A stretch of DNA of 40,693 nucleotides from Thermoplasmata archaeon (GCA_030041735.1 JASIBA010000040.1:1-40693); one strand, 5' to 3'; positions 1 to 8,823 are shown, numbered from the stretch's first letter. The notes: a model not told the origin generated them from the letters alone. Program-made: numbers and translations.

Positions 1-521
1 GCCTTCGGGCGAAGATCCGTCGCGGCAGTGTACCCCGGTGGACCTCTGGACTCAACGAGGCGGGTAGGGCGAACAATGGTCCAAGGCGCCGGACCGGAAC
101 GCACAACATTCTCCATGGCGCTTGAATCCAGCTGCACCCGATGGTAGATTAGACGGATGAGGAGGACCAGAGGATTTCGCGTCGGGAAGAGCAGAGCCTG
201 AGAGATGACCAGATACCGCAGGTTTGGGTTCGAGCGGGAGATAGCGGCTTCGGTGGCGACTGCGGCGTCACGAAGCAAGTACGGAGCCACGCCGGATGTC
301 TGACCCAAGCACGATACCACCACATCTTGCCCAGCGAGAAGTGGCACCAGGTCACTCTCGGAGAGCGGATTGGCCACGACCACCCGCAATCCGGGCTGGC
401 CCCCTTCGGCAACTCTCCCAGGCTGGCGCACGACTGCCGTCACCGAGTGGCCGCGCTCGAGGGCGCGGTCCAAGAACACTCTCCCGGTTCGGCCGCTGGC
501 CCCGAGCAACAGAATCTTCAT
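1..521 (-). CDS. NAD(P)H-binding NmrA-like/atypical SDR oxidoreductase, partial (C-terminus lies beyond the left window edge)
   Basis: Absent from the supplied ORF track because it has no stop in the window. Reverse complement from the ATG at 521-519 reads MKILLLGASGRTGRVFLDRALERGHSVTAVVRQPG...SESDLVPLLAGQDVVVSCLGQ...NVVRSGPAPWTIVRPTRL with no stop down to position 1. It has a GxxGxxG Rossmann motif and the WTIVRP motif typical of this family. Confidence 0.7.
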   Translation of the reverse strand, partial: MKILLLGASGRTGRVFLDRALERGHSVTAVVRQPGRVAEGGQPGLRVVVANPLSESDLVPLLAGQDVVVSCLGQTSGVAPYLLRDAAVATEAAISRSNPNLRYLVISQALLFPTRNPLVLLIRLIYHRVQLDSSAMENVVRSGPAPWTIVRPTRLVESRGPPGYTAATDLRPK

Positions 522-768
522 GGAGCCACGCAGGCAGCGCAGAAGCGCGACTCTTGCAAAGGTGCTTACCGGGGTGGACGCAGCGTGGGGGGCTTATAAG
601 AAGTCGAGGAAGAACTCTGACACGAAATGGGGTGCCAGCAGGATCGTGGGCTCGGACGAGCGCAAGCTCCGGGTGGGGGATTATCGCCTATTCGCGGTGC
701 TCCCGCCGGCAGCGCGGACGATCACGGTGGAGGGGGTTGATCACCCCTGCAGAGTCTACCGACGATAG
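520..768 (+). CDS. RelE/ParE-family toxin-like ORF, possibly a remnant
   Basis: The C-terminus KLRVGDYRLFAVLPPAARTITVEGVDHPCRVYRR matches the RelE/ParE signature (lRvGdYRiiY...i.v..v.hR..vY). GC3 is lower than in neighbouring genes. The start is uncertain: the ATG at 520 shares the CATG tetranucleotide with the start of the divergent gene. No antitoxin ORF was seen. Confidence 0.35.
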   Translation: MEPRRQRRSATLAKVLTGVDAAWGAYKKSRKNSDTKWGASRIVGSDERKLRVGDYRLFAVLPPAARTITVEGVDHPCRVYRR

Positions 769-945
769 CGCACGACGGGCCGGTTCTTGGTTGGATTTGA
801 GTCGCCGGAGGGCTCGGATCCCCGCCCCGGGCGCCGATCCCGACCCCCGCGAGCGCCCTCCGTCTTTGTGTCCACTCCAGATCCGGCCCGGAGGGCCCCG
901 ATTTGGCGTCCCGGACGACGACTCCCACGTCTCGAGTTGAGCCGA

Positions 946-1560
946 TCACCGAACGTCCTTGCGGACGAGCACGTTGCTTTGCCCGAACGGTCGAACGACT
1001 CGGAACCCTTCTCGCTCGAACATCCCGACCGAGCCGAACCATGTCGCGACCGCCTTTCCGTGCGTGGCCGGATAGGCTTCCACGAGCCCTCCTCCGTGTC
1101 GGTGTATCGCTGCCAACGCTGCCTGAAGGGCAAAGTTCGCCACTCCCAACCGGCGGCTCGGTCGATCCACGAAGAAGCAGGTGATCCTCCATTCCGCGGG
1201 CTCGGCCAGCTGGCTGACCATCGACCGGTACTTCCGCCCTCGATCAATCCGGGGCAAATCCTGTCGCCGGCCGAACTGGCACCACCCGACGGGCCGACCG
1301 GCGCGATACACCAGTATGCCGTGTGCGTGGCCGCTCCACAGGAGCGCCCGATGGTCGCGTCGATTGGCCGCCTGGCGACTTCGGCTTCCCAAGGGCCCCG
1401 TGGGTCCCTCCCGATGGTAGAACATGCACCAGCACCCCGCCTGAACCCCGTGATACTTCTGGAAGAGCGTCACGAAATCCTTCCAGTTGGCGGGAGAAAG
1501 TTCGCGCGCTCGCAGCGAGGGAGGTCCCGGTCCCGACGCGCGCTGGACGTCCGCCATCAT
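946..1560 (-). CDS. GNAT-family N-acetyltransferase
   Basis: This is the C-terminal 204 aa of the 600-aa track ORF, starting at MMADVQ. It reads ...LSPANWKDFVTLFQ...GCWCMFY...ITCFFVDRPSRRLGVANFALQAAL...GMFEREGF, an acetyl-CoA-binding-like core. It lies 29 nt downstream of the MarR gene on the same strand. Confidence 0.75.
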   Translation of the reverse strand: MMADVQRASGPGPPSLRARELSPANWKDFVTLFQKYHGVQAGCWCMFYHREGPTGPLGSRSRQAANRRDHRALLWSGHAHGILVYRAGRPVGWCQFGRRQDLPRIDRGRKYRSMVSQLAEPAEWRITCFFVDRPSRRLGVANFALQAALAAIHRHGGGLVEAYPATHGKAVATWFGSVGMFEREGFRVVRPFGQSNVLVRKDVR

Positions 1561-1589
1561 CGCGGGGCCCGGCATCCCGGAGGCCGCCC

Positions 1590-2081
1590 TCAGGCCGGGG
1601 CCTGGTCCATGAATTTCAACAGTTTCTCGAAACTTCGGAGCAGAGCCCGGATCTCGTCGGGCTCCAGCGAGGATACGAATCGGGCGACGATCTCCTTGTG
1701 TCGCTTTCGGGCCACTGCAAACAGCTTCCGGCCGGCCGGAGTCAGCTGTACATTCACCACCCTCCGGTCCGAGGAATCTCTCACCCTCCGCACCAGACCC
1801 TTCCCTTCCATTACGTCGATGATCGCGGTCACCGCGGCCTTGGTCACGAGGTTCTCGTCGCTCAACCGGACCATGGGAGTCGGGCCGGAGTCCGACAACT
1901 GCTCGAGGACGGCGAACTCGGTGAGTCTCAAGTCGGCCTTCCCGAAGGCCTTCTCGAAGTAGTGGGGCAGCCTCCGGCTGGCCAGGTTCATGGCACGGAA
2001 GACCACCGCAGGACTGGGGGTCGGCTCCCGCATCGGTGCCTTGTCCCTGGTGGATGAGGTGTCCGGTCGGCGGGTTGGCAT
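1590..2081 (-). CDS. MarR-family transcriptional regulator
   Basis: LTEFAVLEQLSDSGPTPMVRLSDENLVTKAAVTAIIDVMEGKGLVRRVRDSSDRRVVNVQLTPAGRKLF is a canonical MarR winged helix-turn-helix. Confidence 0.85.
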   Translation of the reverse strand: MPTRRPDTSSTRDKAPMREPTPSPAVVFRAMNLASRRLPHYFEKAFGKADLRLTEFAVLEQLSDSGPTPMVRLSDENLVTKAAVTAIIDVMEGKGLVRRVRDSSDRRVVNVQLTPAGRKLFAVARKRHKEIVARFVSSLEPDEIRALLRSFEKLLKFMDQAPA

Positions 2082-2147
2082 CGTGACGTCTCTCGACAGA
2101 CGGTTCGTCTGCCACTGCCAGACGGCCGACCCTTAAGGCAATTGCTG

Positions 2148-2184
2148 TATGGTAAGGTGTTAAGTAGTTCACCACTTTACCATA
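2148..2184. promoter_or_regulatory. Imperfect inverted repeat in an AT-rich island; candidate MarR operator and divergent promoter
   Basis: TATGGTAAGGTG-N10-CACCACTTTACCATA sits in the 290-nt gap between the MarR gene (minus strand) and the oxidoreductase gene (plus strand). It is the only AT-rich stretch in that gap. Confidence 0.45.
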
Positions 2185-2371
2185 TTGCCATGCGCCTCGA
2201 GACCGTGGGCACGAACGGCCCCCCGAGACCCACCCCGATCGGCGCGCTCGAGGCACGAGGTCGCGCCGGGGCTCATCCGGGATACGCCATCGCTGGGACG
2301 CTCGGTCGCGTCGACCGGCGCGGACGCCCCGCGTTCGTGGGACCGGTCGCCTCCGGCGGCGGGAGCCCTCC

Positions 2372-3328
2372 ATGAAGGCGATCGTCCAAGACCGATACGG
2401 ACACGCCGACTCGCTGAAGCTCGCCGATGTGGAGACGCCGGTTCCGGACGCGACCAGCGTGCTCCTCCGAGTTCGTTCCGCGTCGGTGAACAGCCTGGAC
2501 TGGCGTATCATGTCGGGCCGGCCGCTCGTCGGTCGCCTCCTGGGATTTGGCCTGCGGCGGCCCAAGCGGAGGATCCGCGGGGTCGACGTGGCAGGCGAGG
2601 TCCTCGCGGTGCGGAAGTCCGACTCGCGGTTCAGGGTGGGCGACGCCGTGTACGGCCTGGGCAGCGGATCGTTCGCCGAGTACGTGTCCGCGGACGAACG
2701 CGAGCTTTCGAAGAAGCCGGACGGGGTCACCTTCGACGACGCGGCCACTCTCGGAATCGCCGCGTTTACGGCGCTCCAGGCCCTACGGGATCGGGGTCAC
2801 GTTCGGTCGGGCCAGTCCGTGGCCATCACGGGGGCAGGCAGTGGCGTCGGCACGTTCGCCGTCCAGCTCGCCAAGTGGATGGGAGCGCGGGTGACCGCGG
2901 TTACGCGGTCCGAGAACGTCGAGTTGCTGCGTGCCGTCGGGGCCGACGTGGTCGTGGACTACGACAAATCGGACTTCACTCGGGGACCCGATCGCTACGA
3001 CGTCATCGTGGACATCTCGGGTCTGAGTGGGATGGGGGCCCTGCTGCGGACCCTGACACCGGAGGGTACCTTGGTGTGTGTCGGAGGCCGGGGTGGTTTC
3101 GGTCGGTTCATCCAGGCCGGACTTCGTCGCCGATTGCTCCGGCAGCGGGTCTGGGGCCTCTTGTCGAAGCCCAACGCGGACGACATGGCGCGACTGGGCG
3201 ACCTCGTGGTCCAAGGGCGCCTGAAGCCCGTCGTCGACCACGTCTACTCTCTTCCGGAAGCGCCGGAAGCGATGGCCCAAGCCGAGCTCCGGCAGGCGCG
3301 AGGGAAACTTGTCATTCACGTTTCCTGA
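2372..3328 (+). CDS. NADPH:quinone oxidoreductase / zinc-type alcohol-dehydrogenase-like protein (MDR superfamily)
   Basis: MKAIVQDRYG...LLRVRSASVNSLDWRIMSG...VAITGAGSGVGTFAVQLAK...GKLVIHV shows the typical MDR N-terminal GroES-like domain and a Rossmann GxGxxG. Confidence 0.85.
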   Translation: MKAIVQDRYGHADSLKLADVETPVPDATSVLLRVRSASVNSLDWRIMSGRPLVGRLLGFGLRRPKRRIRGVDVAGEVLAVRKSDSRFRVGDAVYGLGSGSFAEYVSADERELSKKPDGVTFDDAATLGIAAFTALQALRDRGHVRSGQSVAITGAGSGVGTFAVQLAKWMGARVTAVTRSENVELLRAVGADVVVDYDKSDFTRGPDRYDVIVDISGLSGMGALLRTLTPEGTLVCVGGRGGFGRFIQAGLRRRLLRQRVWGLLSKPNADDMARLGDLVVQGRLKPVVDHVYSLPEAPEAMAQAELRQARGKLVIHVS

Positions 3329-3506
3329 GCCCCCGACGTCGGCCGCGGCGTTCCCGAGCGACCCGGATCCGAGGTCGAGCGGGGGTGAGACGCGCTTGCG
3401 GACACACCCCGCGGTTCCGTCGACGGCAGCGCCCGCCGGTGCGGCCGTGGGCGGCGTTTCGGCCACCCTCTTGCAGCCCCGAACCGTGGAGCCCTAAGAG
3501 CAGCGC

Positions 3507-3998
3507 ATGCGACCGCGGTTCATCGGAGCCATGGGTCTGATCACCAGCAGCCTGGCGAAAGGACGTGCGCTGTACGTCGACGCCCTGGGTCTACCGCTTC
3601 GACAGGCCGAAGGAGCCGGCTTCCTGCACAGCACGAGATTGGGTGGGGGCCGCTACTTCGGCGTATGGCCCCTTTCCGAAGCCGCGCGGACCTGCTTCAG
3701 GACCGACCGCTGGCCGACGGATCGCCCGGTCCCGCAGATGTTCATCGAGTTCGAGATGGCCAACCCCGCCGCCGTCTCCGCGGCCGCCTCGGAATTCGAG
3801 TCCAAGGGCTACACCCCCCTGCACCGCCCACGGACCGATCCCTGGGGTCAGACCGTCGCCCGGTTTCAAACGGAGGATGGGGTCATCGTCGGGATTTCGT
3901 ACGTTCCCTGGATGCACCGACCTGCCGGGCCGAAGGCGAAGCGCGCCCGCGCTTCGAGGAGGGCGAGGCGGGTGCCCCTGGCCCGAGCCGGACGGTGA
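3507..3998 (+). CDS. VOC (glyoxalase/bleomycin-resistance/dioxygenase) family protein
   Basis: The N-terminus IGAMGLITSSLAKGRALYVDALGLPL and ...DPWGQTVARFQTEDGVIVGISY resemble the paired beta-alpha-beta-beta-beta modules of VOC proteins. The basic C-terminal tail is of uncertain reality. Confidence 0.6.
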   Translation: MRPRFIGAMGLITSSLAKGRALYVDALGLPLRQAEGAGFLHSTRLGGGRYFGVWPLSEAARTCFRTDRWPTDRPVPQMFIEFEMANPAAVSAAASEFESKGYTPLHRPRTDPWGQTVARFQTEDGVIVGISYVPWMHRPAGPKAKRARASRRARRVPLARAGR

Positions 3999-4162
3999 AC
4001 TGAGCGTCCCGTCGGGGTACGAGCCGCCGCAGAGGACGGATTTCTCGGTGGGCGTGGCGCTCGCGCGACGCGCGCTCATCGGCGCGCGCCCGGGGACTCG
4101 GTCGATGGGGGCGCTCCGCCATCGCCTTAGTCCGGGCGGGCTTCCCCCCCGACGCGAGGCCC

Positions 4163-5230
4163 ATGGCCGTCGTGAAACCCGTCGTTCTGCGCAGCATGAA
4201 GCGGGCGCTGCGCAACCTCGGCGGCGAGAAGGCTCCGGTGATCGCCGGGCACAAGCTGCTCTATCGGTGCAACCTCGAGTGTCAGATGTGCCCGTTCTGG
4301 CGCCGCGAGGACGAAGAGCTCCTCGGGCTGGCCGACGAGATCCGCATCATGGAGGCCCTGGCCCGCGCCGGGGTCTCGTTCCTCGGCTTCGAGGGCGGGG
4401 AACCGCTCCTCCGCCGGGACGTCGGCGACATTCTGCGGGAGGCCCACGCGCGGTTCCACACTTCGCTCGTCACCAACGGCTGGCTCCTCGAGCATCGACT
4501 GCCCGAGATCGCGGCCCACCTCGACCTGCTGTTCGTCTCGATCGACGGCATCGGTGCGACGCACGACCGGCTGCGGGGGATCCCGCGTTCGTTCGAGCGG
4601 GCCGTGCAGGGCATGCGAGCCTCGCGCGAGGAGGTCCCCACGGTCATCAGCCACACGATGACCCGCGAGAACCTCGACCACGCGGAGCGCGTGGTCGAGC
4701 TGGCGGAGCAGCTGGACATCTCGCTGACGGTCCAGGTCGCCTACGACTACCGGACGGCGAGCCCCATGTCCCCCGAACGGGACCCCTTGCGCCGCGCGAT
4801 CGAGCGGCTGCGCGACCTGCGCAAGAGCGGAGCACCGCTCCTCGAGTCGGTGGAGTACTTCGACACCATCCTCGGCTCGTGGTACGAAGGGCGACCGTGG
4901 CGGTGCAAGCCGTGGCTCACGATCAACATCGACCCGTCCGGGCGGATCGTCCTCCCCTGCTACGTCCTCCAGGAGTACCACGGGAGCCTGCCCGTCTGGG
5001 ATACCGACATCCGCGAGCTCTGGAACTCGTTCGCCTGGACTCCCTACGAGTCGTGCAACAAATGCGCCCTGGCCTGCTACCTGGAGCCGTCCTTGTTCCG
5101 CTGGACCGACTTCACGAACGTCCGGGAACGCGTGATCGACGGCGCCGTGCACTACGTGCAGCGGACGGCGCGCACCTCGTCCCGCGCGACCGCCGGCCAG
5201 CTGATCCAGATCGAGAGCCCGACCGCGTGA
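4163..5230 (+). CDS. Radical SAM enzyme with a C-terminal SPASM/twitch-like cysteine cluster
   Basis: CNLECQMC is a CxxxCxxC motif near the N-terminus, and GGEPLL is present. The C-terminus reads C-x11-G-x5-C (CKPWLTINIDPSGRIVLPC) followed by CNKCALAC. Confidence 0.8.
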   Translation: MAVVKPVVLRSMKRALRNLGGEKAPVIAGHKLLYRCNLECQMCPFWRREDEELLGLADEIRIMEALARAGVSFLGFEGGEPLLRRDVGDILREAHARFHTSLVTNGWLLEHRLPEIAAHLDLLFVSIDGIGATHDRLRGIPRSFERAVQGMRASREEVPTVISHTMTRENLDHAERVVELAEQLDISLTVQVAYDYRTASPMSPERDPLRRAIERLRDLRKSGAPLLESVEYFDTILGSWYEGRPWRCKPWLTINIDPSGRIVLPCYVLQEYHGSLPVWDTDIRELWNSFAWTPYESCNKCALACYLEPSLFRWTDFTNVRERVIDGAVHYVQRTARTSSRATAGQLIQIESPTA

Positions 5231-5312
5231 CGCACGCCGGCGGCGGACCGCCGGAGGCGTCGACCCCGGCGGGACCGTCGGTGGGACCGGCCCGGGCGAA
5301 GCTCGGCGCGGA

Positions 5313-5468
5313 CTACCCGATGAAGACCACGACCACCAGGAGCAGGATGATGACGATGATCCCGGCGCGGACCCAGTGGTAGGTCTGCGTGGTCTGCTGG
5401 TCGATCCGGCGCAGCAGCTCGTTCGGGTCGCTCGGTATCGGTGCGGGGGCAGGCCTTTGGCCGAACAT
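5313..5468 (-). CDS. Small tail-anchored membrane protein (51 aa), hypothetical
   Basis: MFGQRPAPAPIPSDPNELLRRIDQQTTQTYHWVRAGIIVIILLLVVVVFIG has high GC3 with host-like codons and a single C-terminal TM helix. It is the 3' part of a longer track ORF. Confidence 0.4.
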   Translation of the reverse strand: MFGQRPAPAPIPSDPNELLRRIDQQTTQTYHWVRAGIIVIILLLVVVVFIG

Positions 5469-5742
5469 GGCGCCGGCAATCCGGCGACGGTCTTGAGCTG
5501 ACCCGAAGCCGCGACTCGCTATCGCACGCCCGACCCCGGGGTCGGCTCCGCCCCCCACTTCGGGCGACGCGTCGGAGCGGGACCCGAGGCACGTCATATC
5601 CCGGGCGGGCTTGGCGCGCTCGAGTCCCGATGTCGGTCCTGCAGAGTCCTTCGGGCGCGACGACCGGGCACGGAACGGGGGAGCGGGAGGCCGGGCCGAC
5701 GCGCGGAGGATCGGCCCGTCGTGCCCCCCGGAGCGGATCGCG

Positions 5743-7485
5743 ATGACGGCGACTGCCGACTCCGGCGTCCTGGTCCTGCACAATGCGAAGATCGCAACCG
5801 TGGACGCGCGCGACTCGTTCGTTGACGCGCTGGCGATCCAGAACGGCAAGGTGGCCGCCGTCGGGTCGGACGCGGAGGAACTCGGACGGCGGAGCGGCGC
5901 CCGCGCCATCGATCTGGGCGGCCGCACGGTCGTGCCCGGCCTCAGCGACGATCACATGCATTTCATCCGCGAGGGACGCCACTACCTCGCGGAGCTCCGG
6001 TGGGACGGAGTTCCCACGCTCGCCGAGGCGATGGAGCGGCTCCGCCAGCAGGCGGCCCGCACGCCGCCCGGACAGTGGACCCGGGTCGTCGGCGGGTGGT
6101 CGGCGTACCAGTTCGCGGAGCGACGGGTCCCCACCCCCGCGGAGATCGCGGCCGCCGGCGGCACCACCCCGGTGCTCGTGCTGCACCTCTACCAGGACGC
6201 CACGCTGAACCCGCCCGGACTGGCGGCCCAGAAGATCGGACCGGGCACCGCCCCTCCGCCCGGAGGCACGATCGAGCACGATCCGAACGGGGCGCTCTCC
6301 GGGCGCGTCCTGGCGACCCCGTCGGCGCCCATCCTGTACGCGGCGGTCGCCGCGATCCCGACCCTGACGCCGGACCAGCAGGTCGTCTCGACCCTCCACT
6401 TCGCGCGCGAGCTCAACCGACTCGGGCTCACGAGCGTCGTCGACGCCGGCGGAGGCCAGCAGTTCTTCCCGGAGGACTACGGCGCGATCCGCGGCATCGT
6501 GGAGCGCGGCGAGCTCACGGTGCGGGTGGCGTACAACCTGTTCACCCAGCGGCCCGGCCACGAGCTGGAGGATTTCCAGCTGTGGGCGCGCCAGCACCGC
6601 CCGAACGAGGGCGACGCGATGTACCACATCAACGGCGCCGGCGAGATGCTCGTCTTCTCCGGCGCGGACTACGAGAACTTCGCCCGTCCCCGGCCCGAAC
6701 TCGAGCCCCGGATGGAGGGCGAGCTCCGGGACGTCGTCCGGTTCCTCGTCCAGCAGCGGTGGCCGTTCCGCCTGCATGCCACCTACGGCGAGACCATCGA
6801 GCGGTTCCTCAACGCGTTCGAGGAGGTGAACGACCACGACCCGCTGAGCTCGGTGCGGTGGTTCTTCGACCACGCCGAGACCGTCGCGGACAAGGATCTC
6901 GACCGGGTCCACCGGCTCGGCGGAGGGATCGCGATCCAGGACCGGATGGCGTTCCAGGGCGAGGACTGCCTGAAGATGTATGGGGAGGCCCGGGCGCGCG
7001 ACGCCCCGCCGATCGCGAAGATGCTCGCGAAGGGCATCCCGATCGCGGGGGGGACCGACGCGACCCGGGTCGCCAGCTACAACCCATGGGTCAACCTCGA
7101 GTGGTTGGTCAGCGGTCGCACGGTCGGGGGAACGGAGCTCTCACGCACCGAGAACCGGCTCTCGCGCGCCCGGGCGCTCCGGCTCATCACGGCCGATGCC
7201 GCGTGGTTCTCGTCCGAGGACGGGCAGAAGGGCTCGCTCGAGGTCGGCCGATGGGCCGATCTCGCGGTGCTCTCCGCCGACTACTTCTCGGTGCCCGACA
7301 CCGAGATCCATCGGATCGAGTCCTTGCTGACCCTCGTGGGAGGCCGCGTGGTGTACGCCGCCGGTCCGTTCCAGTCGCTCGCCCCGCCCCCGCTCCCCGC
7401 GATCGTTCCGACGTGGTCCCCGATCGCCGTCTACGGCGGCTACCCACCGGCGGCCACCCCATCGCCCTCGGTCCGGCCGGGGTAA
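5743..7485 (+). CDS. Amidohydrolase-3 family metal-dependent hydrolase (YtcJ-like)
   Basis: Starts at an internal ATG (MTATADSGVLVLHNAKI...). PGLSDDHMHF carries the HxH metal motif, and ...GTDATRVASYNPW is present. The upstream part of the track ORF has junk composition. Confidence 0.85.
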   Translation: MTATADSGVLVLHNAKIATVDARDSFVDALAIQNGKVAAVGSDAEELGRRSGARAIDLGGRTVVPGLSDDHMHFIREGRHYLAELRWDGVPTLAEAMERLRQQAARTPPGQWTRVVGGWSAYQFAERRVPTPAEIAAAGGTTPVLVLHLYQDATLNPPGLAAQKIGPGTAPPPGGTIEHDPNGALSGRVLATPSAPILYAAVAAIPTLTPDQQVVSTLHFARELNRLGLTSVVDAGGGQQFFPEDYGAIRGIVERGELTVRVAYNLFTQRPGHELEDFQLWARQHRPNEGDAMYHINGAGEMLVFSGADYENFARPRPELEPRMEGELRDVVRFLVQQRWPFRLHATYGETIERFLNAFEEVNDHDPLSSVRWFFDHAETVADKDLDRVHRLGGGIAIQDRMAFQGEDCLKMYGEARARDAPPIAKMLAKGIPIAGGTDATRVASYNPWVNLEWLVSGRTVGGTELSRTENRLSRARALRLITADAAWFSSEDGQKGSLEVGRWADLAVLSADYFSVPDTEIHRIESLLTLVGGRVVYAAGPFQSLAPPPLPAIVPTWSPIAVYGGYPPAATPSPSVRPG

Positions 7486-7491
7486 CGGGGA

Positions 7492-8823
7492 GTGCCCGTG
7501 ACCTCGGACCGTCCGTCGCCTGCCACGATCCCGACGGCACCCGCCGCCGCGGGGAAGGCCCCGGCGCCGACCGCCTTCGAGGCCCCGTCCGCGGCGGACT
7601 TCGGTCTCACCGCCTTCGCGTTCTTCGTCATCGTGACCGGCGGCGGTCTCCCGACCCCGCTCTACGTGATCTACCAGCACGAGTGGGGCTTCTCGCCGGC
7701 GATCCTCACGGTGATCTTCGCGGCGTACGCCGCCGGGCTCGTCGCCATGCTGCTTCTCTTCGGGCGGCTCTCGGACCGGTTCGGCCGGCGACCGGTCCTG
7801 CTGCTCGCGATCGGGGTCGCGCTCGTGAGCACGGTCGTGTTCCTCCTCGCGACCAACGTGGAGTGGCTGCTCCTGGGCCGGGTGCTCTCGGGGATGTCGG
7901 TCGGGCTCTGCGCGAACACCGCGACCGCGGCGCTCACCGAGTTCGAGCCCCGCGGCGACCGGAACCGCGCCGCGCTCGTCGTCGCGGTGCTGACGGGGCT
8001 GGGCGTCGGGATCGGCCCGCTCTACGCGGGCGTGCTGGCGCAGTACGCGCCCGACCCGCTGACCCTCTCGTTCTGGGTGCTGCTCGGCCTACTGATCGCT
8101 TCGCTCGGCGCCGTGCTCGCGATCCGCGAGCGGGCGCGACCGCGCGCTCCGTCGAGCGGCGCGCTCCGCCACCTCATCCGGGTCCCCGCCGACCTGCGCC
8201 CGATCTTCGCGCTCTCGGGACTGGCCGCGTTCCTCGGCTTCTCGCTCGCGGGGATCTTCAGCGGGCTTTCTCCGTCGTTCCTGGCGGACGACCTCAAGAT
8301 CACGAACCACGCGATCAGCGGTCTCGTCGTGATCCTGATGTTCGGCGTCGGCTCGGTCGCCCCGATCCTCCTGCACCGAGTCCCGCATCACCGCATGATG
8401 CGGGTCGGCGCCGCCTGCGTGCCCCTCGGGCTCCTCGGGATCACCTATGCCGTGTGGACCGCGTCCGCGACCGCGTTCCTGCTGGGCACGGTCGTCTGCG
8501 GAATCGGGTTCGGCCTGGCGCTCCGGGGCGGGATCGGCCTGCTCAACCGGGCCGCCCCGCCGGAGGAGCGGGCCGGGGTGCTCTCGGCGTTCTACGTGGC
8601 CGCGTACCTCGGGCTGAGCGTCCCGGTCATCGGCATCGGGGTCCTGGCGAACGTCGTCGGCCTGCCGACCGCCGCGCTGGTCCTCGCCGTGATCATCTCG
8701 CTGCTCTCCGTCCGGCTCCTCCTGTCGCAGCGGCTCCCGTCGGCCGTTGAGGCGGCGCCGCCAGCGAGCCTCCCGGAGCCCGCGGAACGGCCGGAGGGAA
8801 AGGCCCCGAGGGGACTCTCCTGA
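7492..8823 (+). CDS. MFS transporter
   Basis: Multiple TM helices plus the MFS loop motif GRLSDRFGRRPVLL. It starts at a GTG 7 nt after the amidohydrolase stop. Confidence 0.85.
   Translation: MPVTSDRPSPATIPTAPAAAGKAPAPTAFEAPSAADFGLTAFAFFVIVTGGGLPTPLYVIYQHEWGFSPAILTVIFAAYAAGLVAMLLLFGRLSDRFGRRPVLLLAIGVALVSTVVFLLATNVEWLLLGRVLSGMSVGLCANTATAALTEFEPRGDRNRAALVVAVLTGLGVGIGPLYAGVLAQYAPDPLTLSFWVLLGLLIASLGAVLAIRERARPRAPSSGALRHLIRVPADLRPIFALSGLAAFLGFSLAGIFSGLSPSFLADDLKITNHAISGLVVILMFGVGSVAPILLHRVPHHRMMRVGAACVPLGLLGITYAVWTASATAFLLGTVVCGIGFGLALRGGIGLLNRAAPPEERAGVLSAFYVAAYLGLSVPVIGIGVLANVVGLPTAALVLAVIISLLSVRLLLSQRLPSAVEAAPPASLPEPAERPEGKAPRGLS

Noticed and set aside
2142-2375. A 77-aa ORF (or 60 aa from MRLETVG) in the MarR/oxidoreductase gap, ending in an ATGA overlap with the oxidoreductase start.
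   Set aside because: GC3 is moderately high and the ATGA junction is tempting. However, the sequence is Gly/Pro/Arg/Ala-rich with no recognisable fold or hydrophobic core, so the evidence is insufficient. It would need conservation or ribosome-profiling support.
946-2748. A 600-aa minus-strand ORF spanning the GNAT gene, the MarR region and part of the oxidoreductase gene.
   Set aside because: Only the last 204 aa (946-1560) look like a protein (GNAT). The upstream part is out of frame with the MarR gene and antisense to the oxidoreductase gene, and it has junk composition.
6000-8750. A 916-aa plus-strand ORF, and similar very long track ORFs: 9139-11232 (-), 9234-11399 (+), 17277-19799 (+), 17431-19641 (-), 20760-23168 (-), 22280-24265 (-), 24174-25436 (-), 25433-27151 (-), 26242-28251 (+), 28571-30772 (-), 28789-31053 (+), 30597-32798 (-), 5152-6912 (-), 3565-5382 (+).
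   Set aside because: Their translations are monotonous Arg/Pro/Gly/Asp/His-rich strings with no motifs. Each overlaps, in another frame or on the other strand, a gene with clear family signatures and GC3-saturated codons. These are classic shadow ORFs caused by stop-codon scarcity in high-G+C DNA.
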